Shown: piece after piece, positions 8,668-17,260 of the stretch
Layout of the letters: every line of letters begins with the position of its first letter
How positions within the stretch are numbered: the first letter of the stretch is position 1
Source: an uncultured Candidatus Actinomarina sp.
GTDB taxonomy: Bacteria > Actinomycetota > Acidimicrobiia > Actinomarinales > Actinomarinaceae
Direction of reading: 5' to 3'
Length of the DNA stretch: 64,000 nt
NCBI GenBank assembly: GCA_902595195.1
Contig: CACJPC010000001.1
Span: forward strand, 150,654-214,653
The notes under the pieces: model-generated
What the model was told of the DNA's origin: nothing
Databases searched by the model: none
Seen by the model: only the letters and a program-made list of their open reading frames with translations
Program-made: the position numbers and the translations under genes

Positions 8668-8769
8668 TTGAAATAAAACTCCTGAAAAATGCAGTGGGCC
8701 TAGTTAGATTTGAACTAACGACCTCATCCTTATCAGGGATGCGCTCTAACCAGGCTGAGCTATAGGCCC
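8668..8769. repeat. Direct repeat copy 2 (tRNA-Ile gene plus 3' flank), partner at 4110..4211
   Basis: See copy 1. Immediately adjacent, 8638-8678 contains the scar-like word arrangement TGAAATAAAA-TGGTGACTTTTT-GGTGACTTTT-GAAATAAAA. Confidence 0.85.
8695..8769 (-). tRNA. tRNA-Ile (anticodon GAU), canonical copy
   Basis: Same cloverleaf as 4137..4211 but with the canonical anticodon loop CTGATAA (U33). No encoded CCA. Confidence 0.9.
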
Positions 8770-8857
8770 TTATGTCTAATTAACATTAGTCTATCAAAAG
8801 AAATATTTAAATTTTTTTTTCATTTACTCTCAAATTCGAGGCATAATATTAAAGCGA

Positions 8858-8930
8858 GGGGATGTAGCTCAGCTGGAAGAGCACCTGCTTTGCAAGCAGG
8901 GGGTCGTGGGTTCAAGTCCCATCATCTCCA
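8858..8930 (+). tRNA. tRNA-Ala (anticodon UGC)
   Basis: GGGGATG TA GCTC AGCTGGAA GAGC A CCTGC TTTGCAA GCAGG GGGTC GTGGG TTCAAGT CCCAT CATCTCC A. It carries the G3:U70 alanine identity pair. Confidence 0.9.
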
Positions 8931-8950
8931 CAATAAGGTAATCTAAATAT

Positions 8951-9136
8951 ATGAATAAAAAAGATTTAGAAAATTTATCTGAGCAAGAACTGTCTGAATT
9001 AAAAGATTCTATTGATGAAACAATAGCAAATAAAAGATATAAAAAATCATTTTCAGCAACTAATACAAAAGGAGTTGCGATAGCTTGGATTATTTTTGGT
9101 GTACTAATTGCCGCATATAGATATTTCTCAATGTAA
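8951..9136 (+). CDS. small hypothetical protein with C-terminal TM helix
   Basis: 61 aa with an acidic N-terminus and the hydrophobic stretch VAIAWIIFGVLIAAY. Its stop overlaps the next ATG (TAATG). Confidence 0.45.
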   Translation: MNKKDLENLSEQELSELKDSIDETIANKRYKKSFSATNTKGVAIAWIIFGVLIAAYRYFSM

Positions 9137-9366
9137 TGGACTATTTAATAGCACTTCTAATTGGACTTGTTGTATTTAGATTTTTACGTAACTCAATATC
9201 ATCATTGGCAAGCATACCTCCAGAACTTGATACAGATGATGTTGTTGAAATTTCACAATCATTTAGCTGCAATAAGTGTGGAACACAACTTACTATCAAT
9301 AGACAATCTGTTGTTGCAAATGAACCTCCGAAACACTGCAAGGAAGAAATGCAACCTCTTGATTAA
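9136..9366 (+). CDS. small hypothetical protein: N-terminal TM helix plus Cys/His cluster
   Basis: 76 aa with LIALLIGLVVF, then CNKC...x24...HC. Its stop overlaps the glpD ATG (TAATG). Confidence 0.45.
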   Translation: MDYLIALLIGLVVFRFLRNSISSLASIPPELDTDDVVEISQSFSCNKCGTQLTINRQSVVANEPPKHCKEEMQPLD

Positions 9367-10820
9367 TGAATTTTTCTAGAAAATCACAGATTAACCTTCT
9401 GGAACAAAATAATGAATACGACTTACTCGTTATAGGAGGTGGAGTTGTTGGTTCTGCGATACTTGAATTAGCTGCTTCAAAAGGCATCAGTGCGATTCTT
9501 CTGGAGAAAAACGATTTTGCATCTGGTGCATCAAGTAGAAGTACAAAACTACTCCACGGAGGTATTAGATACTTACCACAACTTCAATTTGGTTTAGTAA
9601 GGGAAAGCTTAAAAGAGCAAACAATTCTTAAGGAATCATTAGGTGGTTTATATAAACCCTTAAAACTTCTTGCACCTATATATAAAAATGATGGCTTTTC
9701 AGATTTACCTAAATTATTTCAAACTAATTTAATAGCACCAATAGCTTTTAAAATTGGTCTTACTTTTTATGATTTTTTGGGTTTGAGAAAAAAAGGTCAA
9801 AAACACAAGAACATAACAAAAGACACTACTTTAAAACTTTTTCCAAAACTAAAACAATCAAACCTTTCTAAAAGCTTTTTATTTCAAGATGCACAAACTG
9901 ATGATACAAAATTAGTCTTGACTCTGTTGAGAAATGCAACAGAAATCAATAATGCAATCGCATTGAACTATATTGATATAACAAATATATCTAGAAGCAA
10001 TACAGGATACGATATCAGCTTTACTGATTCAGAAAAGCAAAAGCACCATAAAATAAACGCAAAGAAGATTATCGCAGCAACTGGAACACACAAGCTTCCA
10101 GGCGGTTATGAAGAACAATCATCCTCTATAAAATATAGCGGAGGAGCACACCTCATCCTTGAAGGAGATCCACTATGTATAAAAGAAAATGGAGTACTTT
10201 TACCGAGAACAGAAGACGATAGAGTTATGTTTATACTTCCTTGGTTTGGTAACACCATAGTCGGAACCACGGATACTGAATATTTTTCCGGTACCCTTGA
10301 TAGACCATACGCAAATGAGGATGACAAACAATATTTAATTAGACATGTAAAAAAATATTTTGATGTAGAGAAAGTGAAATATATATCTTCATGGTCTGGA
10401 GTAAGAGCTTTAATTGATAGTTCAGAAACAAATTCAAAAAATATTTCAAGGGGACATTTTTTTAAAGAAATTGATAATAATTTTATTCAAATATCGGGAG
10501 GTAAGCTTACGGGGTTTAGGATAATAGCAAAAGAAAGCCTGGAAAACTTATATGATCTGGAATTCAAATTAAATAAATTAGAATTTGTTGATCAAATTCT
10601 TCAATTAAAAAATACGATTAACGATGAAGATGTTGAATTTTGCATTAAACATTATTCAGTAGTAAAGCCTACAGACTATTTACTAAGAAGAACTCGAATA
10701 AGCTGGTTCAATTCCAATGGCGGTTTAGAGTCTATTTCAAATCTAAAAAACTACTTTCAAGATGAAAACTCTTTTAATGAAGCAATTCAAGAGTTAAAAG
10801 ACGAAGGTCTATTAGATTAA
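9366..10820 (+). CDS. glpD: FAD-dependent glycerol-3-phosphate dehydrogenase
   Basis: Dinucleotide fold DLLVIGGGVVGSA, plus SSRSTKLLHGGIRYL and the downstream GGKLTGFR block typical of GlpD. Confidence 0.85.
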   Translation: MNFSRKSQINLLEQNNEYDLLVIGGGVVGSAILELAASKGISAILLEKNDFASGASSRSTKLLHGGIRYLPQLQFGLVRESLKEQTILKESLGGLYKPLKLLAPIYKNDGFSDLPKLFQTNLIAPIAFKIGLTFYDFLGLRKKGQKHKNITKDTTLKLFPKLKQSNLSKSFLFQDAQTDDTKLVLTLLRNATEINNAIALNYIDITNISRSNTGYDISFTDSEKQKHHKINAKKIIAATGTHKLPGGYEEQSSSIKYSGGAHLILEGDPLCIKENGVLLPRTEDDRVMFILPWFGNTIVGTTDTEYFSGTLDRPYANEDDKQYLIRHVKKYFDVEKVKYISSWSGVRALIDSSETNSKNISRGHFFKEIDNNFIQISGGKLTGFRIIAKESLENLYDLEFKLNKLEFVDQILQLKNTINDEDVEFCIKHYSVVKPTDYLLRRTRISWFNSNGGLESISNLKNYFQDENSFNEAIQELKDEGLLD

Positions 10821-10824
10821 GTTA

Positions 10825-11079
10825 TTAGTTATAGTTTGTCGTCATTAAAAATCCACCGCCAATTAGCGCTAGACCACTCCACAAATACCATTTCGATACT
10901 GAACCAGGCAAAAGTGTTAAGTAATTAAAGACTATCAACAAAACTCCAATAATCATCAAAGAAGACATGGTTATAACATACCATCTTGGAGAAGGCCCTT
11001 TCCCCGAGGACATTTGACTCGATATATTTTTTGATTGAGTAGGCCTGTTATTTTTCGTTCTTTTTTTTGATACTGGCAT
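10825..11079 (-). CDS. crgA: cell division protein CrgA
   Basis: MPVSKKRTKNN basic N-terminus, the SPRWYV motif entering TM1 and a second TM helix. At 84 aa it matches the actinobacterial CrgA architecture (compare M. tuberculosis MPKSKVRKK...SSVWFV). Confidence 0.75.
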   Translation of the reverse strand: MPVSKKRTKNNRPTQSKNISSQMSSGKGPSPRWYVITMSSLMIIGVLLIVFNYLTLLPGSVSKWYLWSGLALIGGGFLMTTNYN

Positions 11080-11095
11080 AATTTACAACTTAATA

Positions 11096-11929
11096 TCAAC
11101 CAGGATTTATTTCAACAAGATTATTTGTATTCAACTTTACTAAACCATCTTTTTGCATCTTTTCTAATACTTCATTCAGCCTATCTTGATCGATATCCAA
11201 TTCCTGCTGTATAGTTATGATCTTCAGATTTCCTTTTTTTAGAAGCAATTTAATCAGATTGCCTCTAAGTTCCCTGTTGGATCCAGAAAACTTTTCTATA
11301 GGCCTCGTTTGATAATCAAAATATTTTTCACAGGTATTTTCAAGTGGACAATCTGAACACAAAGGACTTCGAGGCTTACAAATACTGCTTCCAAAATCCA
11401 TGAAAGCTTGATTTAAATTTCTCGAATTAGTATTTTTTAAAAGCAAAGATGAAAAACGATCGATATATTTTTTTGGATTTTCAACACCAAAATATCTAGA
11501 AATAATCCGTTTTACATTTATATCTTCAGTTATTACTTGTTCATTATATGCAAAAGATAGTATTGCATTTTCTGTGTAAGGTCCTACGCCTGGTAACTGT
11601 TGGAAGTCAGGATATAAATCGTCAAAAGACTTCTCAGCTATTATTTTTGATGACTCAAACATTCTTTTGGCCCTGCTGTTATAGCCTAAACCTGACCACA
11701 TCTTTAATACCTTTTTAAATGAAGTAGTAGCCATATCATTTGGAGTAGGAAATTCTTTTATAAATTTCTTGAAATACTTATCTGCCCTATCTAGCTGTGT
11801 TTGTTGAGAGATTACTTCAAGTAAGTAAATACTCCAAGGGTCAGAATTGTTTCTCCAGGCATATTCTCGTTTATTATCTTTGTACCAATGTAAAAGTACG
11901 TTCTTGAAATTTTTAGTTTTAACTTCCAA
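11096..11929 (-). CDS. mutY: HhH-GPD / A/G-specific adenine glycosylase (MutY-like, no NUDIX-type C-terminal domain)
   Basis: LLHWYKDNKREYAWR, ISQQTQ, LGYNSRAKR, LPGVGPYTENAI and the 4Fe-4S loop C-x6-C-x2-C-x5-C (CKPRSPLCSDCPLENTC). Confidence 0.7.
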   Translation of the reverse strand: MEVKTKNFKNVLLHWYKDNKREYAWRNNSDPWSIYLLEVISQQTQLDRADKYFKKFIKEFPTPNDMATTSFKKVLKMWSGLGYNSRAKRMFESSKIIAEKSFDDLYPDFQQLPGVGPYTENAILSFAYNEQVITEDINVKRIISRYFGVENPKKYIDRFSSLLLKNTNSRNLNQAFMDFGSSICKPRSPLCSDCPLENTCEKYFDYQTRPIEKFSGSNRELRGNLIKLLLKKGNLKIITIQQELDIDQDRLNEVLEKMQKDGLVKLNTNNLVEINPG

Positions 11930-13694
11930 AACTTAATTCAACAAATCCTTCAGGATCAATAAACTCGCCTTCTCTTGGATTTTGCTCACTCACTCTTCCT
12001 CCAGTATCCCCACTTGCTGAAGGCAGGAGGCCTATTTCTTGTAATATATTAGAAGCCTCTTGATAAGTAAGTCCAATTAAGTCTGGTACCTCAACTTTAA
12101 GCCCAATTGAAACTATTACCTGAATTACTTGATCAATTGTTACTTGTTCACCCGCACGTGGAATTGTGTGTGATACAAGTCCCACAGAAACATCCTCAGA
12201 GTATTCCTCTATAAACTCATATTCAAAACCAAGTGTTTCAAGAATTTGGATGGCATCAACTATAGACTTTCTTGATAGATCGCTAATTTCAATCAAGCTT
12301 GGTCCAGCTGAAATAACCAAATCTACTGTTGAGTCAGGACTCATTTTTGTTCCAGCAATTGGGTTTTGAGAAATAATAAATCCTCGAGGAATATTATCAT
12401 CGTTTATTTCCAGTTGTTGTCCCACCTGAAAGCCACTTTCCTTAATAACATAAACTCCTCTTGCTACTTCAAGATCTACAACGTAAGGAATAGGGAATGC
12501 TTCAGGACCTACAGAAACAATAATTGTCACTAATGTATCAGGATTAGTAATGGTGTTTGCAGGTGGCTGTGTTGTAATAACAAAACCTGCAGGTACTGAA
12601 GAGTCAGCAGCATTTTCAATTCCTACAATAAACCCAAGCGACTGTAAATCATTGAGTGCTTGTGCTTGTTCACTTCCGGTTAAGTCAGGTATCTCAACCA
12701 ACGTTGGTGCACCACCGTCAACAGGAAGACCATCAAAAACATTTGATAATGCCCAAACAGTTCCAAACACAAGTGCTACGGATACTATTAATGCAGGTAG
12801 AGTAAATCTAAATTTTATTTTTGGGTTAGTTAAATCAACAAGATTTTCTTGAGTTTGATTAATTTGTATTTGTTTTCTTTGCTGCAATAGTAAAGCTCTT
12901 AAATCTTCTGCAGACTTAAATCTATCGGAGGGCCTTTTTTCAAGAAGTTTTAATATTGCATTTTCTAGTGCTTTTGGAATGTCTTTTCTGTAATTTGATA
13001 ATTTCTCTGGCTTATCAGTTAAATGTTTTGTAGCAGTGGCAATCGGTGAATCACCAGTAAATGGTGGTTTTCCAGCTATTAGCTCATAAAGCACGGTACC
13101 AAGAGAATACAAATCTGATTCAAATGAAACTGGTTTACCTTGTGCTTGTTCAGGAGAGATATAGCTTGCTGTTCCAAGTACAGCCCCAGTTTTAGTGATA
13201 TCACTCTCTTCATTTTGCAATGAAACTATGCCAAAGTCTGTAACTTTAACTTTACCGTCTGGGGTAATCATTATATTTCCTGGTTTAATATCTCTATGGA
13301 CCAAACCACGCTTATGCGCTTCTTTAAGACCATTAGCAACTTGTGATCCGATATATAAGATATCATTTAATCCGACTGTTCTGTTGCCAGAGATTATAGA
13401 AGTTAAAGTGTTGCCTTCTATGTATTCCATTACAAAATATGGTTCATCATCAATTCCCCAGTCAAATATCTGCACTATATTTGGGTGGTTTAAATTAGCA
13501 GCTGTTTGGGCTTCACGTCTGAAACGATCAACAAATTTTTCCTGATTAACATAATTTGGTTTAAGTGTCTTGATTGCTACATCTCTTTGAAGTTGTTTGT
13601 CTCTTGCTTTATAGACAAACGCCATTCCACCCTCACCTAGGATTTCTACTACCTCGTATCGCTCTTTTATAATTTGTCCAATTTTCATAATCAA
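11919..13694 (-). CDS. pknB: Ser/Thr protein kinase with extracellular PASTA repeats
   Basis: G-loop GEGGMAFVYKA, VAIK, HRDIKPGN, DFG and SPEQ. One TM helix (LPALIVSVALVFGTVWAL) is followed by four repeats of ~65 aa with PASTA-like patterns. Confidence 0.9.
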   Translation of the reverse strand: MIMKIGQIIKERYEVVEILGEGGMAFVYKARDKQLQRDVAIKTLKPNYVNQEKFVDRFRREAQTAANLNHPNIVQIFDWGIDDEPYFVMEYIEGNTLTSIISGNRTVGLNDILYIGSQVANGLKEAHKRGLVHRDIKPGNIMITPDGKVKVTDFGIVSLQNEESDITKTGAVLGTASYISPEQAQGKPVSFESDLYSLGTVLYELIAGKPPFTGDSPIATATKHLTDKPEKLSNYRKDIPKALENAILKLLEKRPSDRFKSAEDLRALLLQQRKQIQINQTQENLVDLTNPKIKFRFTLPALIVSVALVFGTVWALSNVFDGLPVDGGAPTLVEIPDLTGSEQAQALNDLQSLGFIVGIENAADSSVPAGFVITTQPPANTITNPDTLVTIIVSVGPEAFPIPYVVDLEVARGVYVIKESGFQVGQQLEINDDNIPRGFIISQNPIAGTKMSPDSTVDLVISAGPSLIEISDLSRKSIVDAIQILETLGFEYEFIEEYSEDVSVGLVSHTIPRAGEQVTIDQVIQVIVSIGLKVEVPDLIGLTYQEASNILQEIGLLPSASGDTGGRVSEQNPREGEFIDPEGFVELSFGS

Positions 13695-14344
13695 ATCACA
13701 TTTATTATTATTGCTGATATATTATCTTTTGGGTTTTGTAAAAGAACTTCACTAATGAGTGATTCAGCAGTAACTCCATCCATTAATTTATTCTTTAGGT
13801 ATTCATCACCTATTTCGTTATAAACCCCATCTGTACATAAAAACACGACATCACCACTTGTAAGTTGAAAATCTTTAGTTTGAATCTTTAGTTTTTCCTT
13901 ACTACCCAAAGCCTGCGTAAGTACATTTTGATAACCCGGAACATTTTCATCTTTAGTGAGCTGTATTAAATTTCTATTATTTAGTACATAACACCTACTG
14001 TCTCCAACATGAGCAAGGTGGAGAACTTTTTCTTGATCAACTTCCACAATAGTCATTGTTGTGCCCATTCCGGTTGCTTCAGAGTGTTTACTTTGGTAAT
14101 CCAGAATGTTTTTATTGGCTAAATTTACATAATCAGAAATTTCCGCGAGGCTATTATCCATTACCTCAGAAGCTATTAGGCTAGCAACTTCACCTTTTTT
14201 ATGACCACCCATTCCATCAAATATTCCAGCTTTTATTGGTAAATTTGAAGAGCCTGACTTATTGGGGTATATAGCATCCTCGTTTTTCTCTCTAATCGGA
14301 CCGCATTCAGTTTTCACTGTCCATATTGCTTTGCTATTTTTCAT
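13691..14344 (-). CDS. PP2C-family Ser/Thr phosphatase (soluble, PstP-like catalytic domain only)
   Basis: IFDGMGGH, HVGDSRCY and LCTDGVYN motifs. 4-nt overlap with pknB. Confidence 0.85.
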   Translation of the reverse strand: MKNSKAIWTVKTECGPIREKNEDAIYPNKSGSSNLPIKAGIFDGMGGHKKGEVASLIASEVMDNSLAEISDYVNLANKNILDYQSKHSEATGMGTTMTIVEVDQEKVLHLAHVGDSRCYVLNNRNLIQLTKDENVPGYQNVLTQALGSKEKLKIQTKDFQLTSGDVVFLCTDGVYNEIGDEYLKNKLMDGVTAESLISEVLLQNPKDNISAIIINVI

Positions 14345-14436
14345 TTAGTAACAATGATAGTTGTGAAATGTATTAGTTTTCTTAGACTTAATAAAGAAGT
14401 ACAATACTGTTCGTAAAGACAAACAGATCAACACTA

Positions 14437-15420
14437 ATGAGAAATAACATATTTAAAATAACAGGATTAACATTTGCAATCGCTTTGCTCTCATATGTTT
14501 TAATCACTTACTTTGATGAATTAAACAAAGCTGATGAATTTAATCAATTCCTATCAGACGCAGCAACAATCTCTGAAATACACAATTTAAACTCAGCAAA
14601 CTTTAAGGACCTTCTCGACTTTTCAGAAGTTAGCAGAGAAAGATTTGAAAATAACGTCAATAATATTCGCACAAACTCTCAAGAAGCATATCAACTTTTA
14701 AACTCAAGCAACACTAGATATACTTCCAAGGAAAAACAATTATTAGAAATAGCTGTTAATAGTTGGTTAGAGGGAATAGAGTTATTCGAAGTTTCAATAA
14801 TCACACTTATTGATAATCCAAACTCTATCAATATTGAGGAATCAATAGCGCAAAGCATCATAGATCTTTCTATTGGTGATGAAGCGTATTCTGAATTTCT
14901 ATTTCTTTTAAGACAGAATGCTTCAATTGATGGAACTTTTTTACCAAATTTTTACCAAATTGAATATATAGGAATTGAAGATAATTCATATCAATTTGCA
15001 GATCTACTTGTCGATAAAGCAAAAAGAAGCACAGGTGGTTTATTCTTACAGAAAAATCTCGCTGTTGCAGGAACTGAATTTGTTCCAATGCCAATCGCTT
15101 TTACAGAAGACAATGTAGCTGTTCTCCTTGACGAACCTGCTGCTCTTCAAGTTGTCATATCAAATGAGGGAAATATTGATTCTTACGATATAGTGGTACT
15201 AATTTTAGTGACAGACGAGTTCGGTGAAACTGTATATGAATCTCAGAATAAAATCAGCTCAATAGGACCCAAAGAAAGCAAAATTTTTCTTACCGACCCC
15301 ATTAATATAGAAAAAGGTATCCAACACGAATGGTTTATAAAAATTGAAGAAATTGAAGACGAAGAGGAACTTACAGACAACTTGTTGTCAGTTTATGGTT
15401 TCATACCACCAGAAAGCTAA
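14437..15420 (+). CDS. hypothetical membrane-anchored protein
   Basis: N-terminal TM (ITGLTFAIALLSYVLITYF) followed by an acidic extracytoplasmic domain. No family recognised. Confidence 0.6.
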   Translation: MRNNIFKITGLTFAIALLSYVLITYFDELNKADEFNQFLSDAATISEIHNLNSANFKDLLDFSEVSRERFENNVNNIRTNSQEAYQLLNSSNTRYTSKEKQLLEIAVNSWLEGIELFEVSIITLIDNPNSINIEESIAQSIIDLSIGDEAYSEFLFLLRQNASIDGTFLPNFYQIEYIGIEDNSYQFADLLVDKAKRSTGGLFLQKNLAVAGTEFVPMPIAFTEDNVAVLLDEPAALQVVISNEGNIDSYDIVVLILVTDEFGETVYESQNKISSIGPKESKIFLTDPINIEKGIQHEWFIKIEEIEDEEELTDNLLSVYGFIPPES

Positions 15421-15423
15421 TTT

Positions 15424-16674
15424 ATGTTAGATCCTTTATTGCTTAAAAATGATTTAGATTCTCTGAAAGACAATCTTAAAAGAAGGAATCTTGATGTTGA
15501 CTTAGAACAATTAATCGAACTCGATGAATCTAGAAGAAAACTACGGTTTGAAGCAGAAAAATTAAGAGCAGATCAGAAATCACTGGGCAAAGATATAGCG
15601 AATGCAGAACCAAAAGAAAAAGATGCACTACTGGAAAAAGCTTCTCAAATTAGTGAAAATGTAAAAAAACTGTTTGATGAAGTAGAGGAAAAAGACAAAG
15701 TTTTTTATGATTTATGGGTAAAAATTCCAAATTTAATTTCGTCGACATCTCCTGATGGTAAAACCGATGAAGACAATGCGGAAATAAAACAAGTCGGTGA
15801 TATAAAAAACATAGATAATCCAAAAGACCACTTAGAGATTGCAGAAAAATTAGGCTTAATTGATGTTCAAAAAGCATCTGAAGTATCTGGTTCACGTTTT
15901 TCTTACTTGTTTGGCGATTTAGTAAAAATTGAATTCAATCTTGTTTCTTGGGCTTTAGATATTCTCTCAAGCAAAGGCTTCACACCTACTGTGCCACCAG
16001 TGCTAGTTAGAGAGAATGCATTATATGGAACCGGATTTTTCCCCGATGATGCTGAGCAAGTGTATGAAATTCCAAATGATGATTTATATTTAGTTGGAAC
16101 TTCAGAAGTACCATTGGCAGCCTTGCATAGCGATGAGATTTTAGACATAGAAAATTTACCAATTAGATATGCAGGATTTTCTACATGCTTTAGACGCGAA
16201 GCTGGAACATATGGAAAAGATACAACAGGAATATTTAGAGTACATCAATTCGACAAAGTTGAGATGTTTTCTTTCTGCAATCCTGAAAAATCTGAAGAGG
16301 AACATGAATTTATTCTCTCAATTGAAGAAGAACTCCTACAGGCTTTAGAGATTCCATATAGGGTTGTAGATGTTTGCGCAGGAGACTTAGGCGCTTCGGC
16401 TGCTAAAAAATATGACATTGAAGCATGGATACCAAGTCAAAACACATACAGAGAGGTTACTTCTTGTTCCAACACAACAAGCTTTCAAGCAAGAAGGCTT
16501 AACATAAGAGCAAAATCAGATGGAGAAACAAATATATTACATACTCTAAATGGAACCGCAATTGCAGTGGGAAGAATTTTAATTGCCTTAATTGAAAATA
16601 ACCAAACTGAAGACGGTAAAGTCGAGTTCTCTGATGCAGTTGCTGAAATTATTGGTGTTAAAATCTTAGGCTAA
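15424..16674 (+). CDS. serS: seryl-tRNA synthetase
   Basis: N-terminal coiled-coil arm and class II motifs (FRREAG, FRVHQFDKVEMF, GTAIAVGRILIALIEN). Confidence 0.95.
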   Translation: MLDPLLLKNDLDSLKDNLKRRNLDVDLEQLIELDESRRKLRFEAEKLRADQKSLGKDIANAEPKEKDALLEKASQISENVKKLFDEVEEKDKVFYDLWVKIPNLISSTSPDGKTDEDNAEIKQVGDIKNIDNPKDHLEIAEKLGLIDVQKASEVSGSRFSYLFGDLVKIEFNLVSWALDILSSKGFTPTVPPVLVRENALYGTGFFPDDAEQVYEIPNDDLYLVGTSEVPLAALHSDEILDIENLPIRYAGFSTCFRREAGTYGKDTTGIFRVHQFDKVEMFSFCNPEKSEEEHEFILSIEEELLQALEIPYRVVDVCAGDLGASAAKKYDIEAWIPSQNTYREVTSCSNTTSFQARRLNIRAKSDGETNILHTLNGTAIAVGRILIALIENNQTEDGKVEFSDAVAEIIGVKILG

Positions 16675-17220
16675 TAACAAGCTAGCAATCATGCTTATGC
16701 CAAGCACTACATAAGCTGTACGAGCCACTGTCTTATTTTTTTTCAAACTATTTTGAAGCTGTTCTCCAAGTATTAACCATATTCCTACACAAAAAGGTAA
16801 AACTAAAAAATATATCAGCGCACCCTGGTTATTTGTAATATTAAATGCCGTAAGACCAGACACAGCCATTACAACACCTTTAGGGTTTATCCATTGAAAA
16901 AGGCAAGCCTGTATAAAGGTAAAAGGCTTCTCTACAGCAGAACCTTTTACATTTGTATCTAGCGAAGTAGTGGCAACCCTGTATGCAATATATGTAATAA
17001 CCGCGTAACCAACATATTGAAGATAATTAAAAATTTCTGCTGGTACATAGGTAAGTAAAAAACCACCTACAAAAAATAAAAAAGTGAACCCTAGCCAAAT
17101 TCCAAGAAAATGAGGTATTGACGCTTTTCTACCAAATTTTATTCCAGAGGCCATTAGCAAAGAATTGTTTGGCCCTGGAGTGATTGCAGTTACAAATGCA
17201 AATATGAAAAACTCAAACAT
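16666..17220 (-). CDS. LysE/RhtB family amino-acid exporter
   Basis: AITPGPNN motif near the N-terminus and six hydrophobic helices in 184 aa. Confidence 0.8.
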   Translation of the reverse strand: MFEFFIFAFVTAITPGPNNSLLMASGIKFGRKASIPHFLGIWLGFTFLFFVGGFLLTYVPAEIFNYLQYVGYAVITYIAYRVATTSLDTNVKGSAVEKPFTFIQACLFQWINPKGVVMAVSGLTAFNITNNQGALIYFLVLPFCVGIWLILGEQLQNSLKKNKTVARTAYVVLGISMIASLLLA

Positions 17221-17260
17221 TTGGTTATATTAACATCAACAGTTGAGATAATTAAATAAG

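Noticed and set aside
11919-13694. Antisense ORFs inside pknB (12166..12369, 12550..12852, 13195..13545) and similar antisense ORFs inside dnaK, copA, the M3 peptidase (35339..35899, 186 aa), the TauE gene (36683..37069) and the ABC permeases
   Set aside because: All lie opposite strongly supported conserved genes. They have low-complexity Ser/Ile/Phe-rich translations typical of antisense frames in AT-rich DNA, and they lack ribosome-binding sites.
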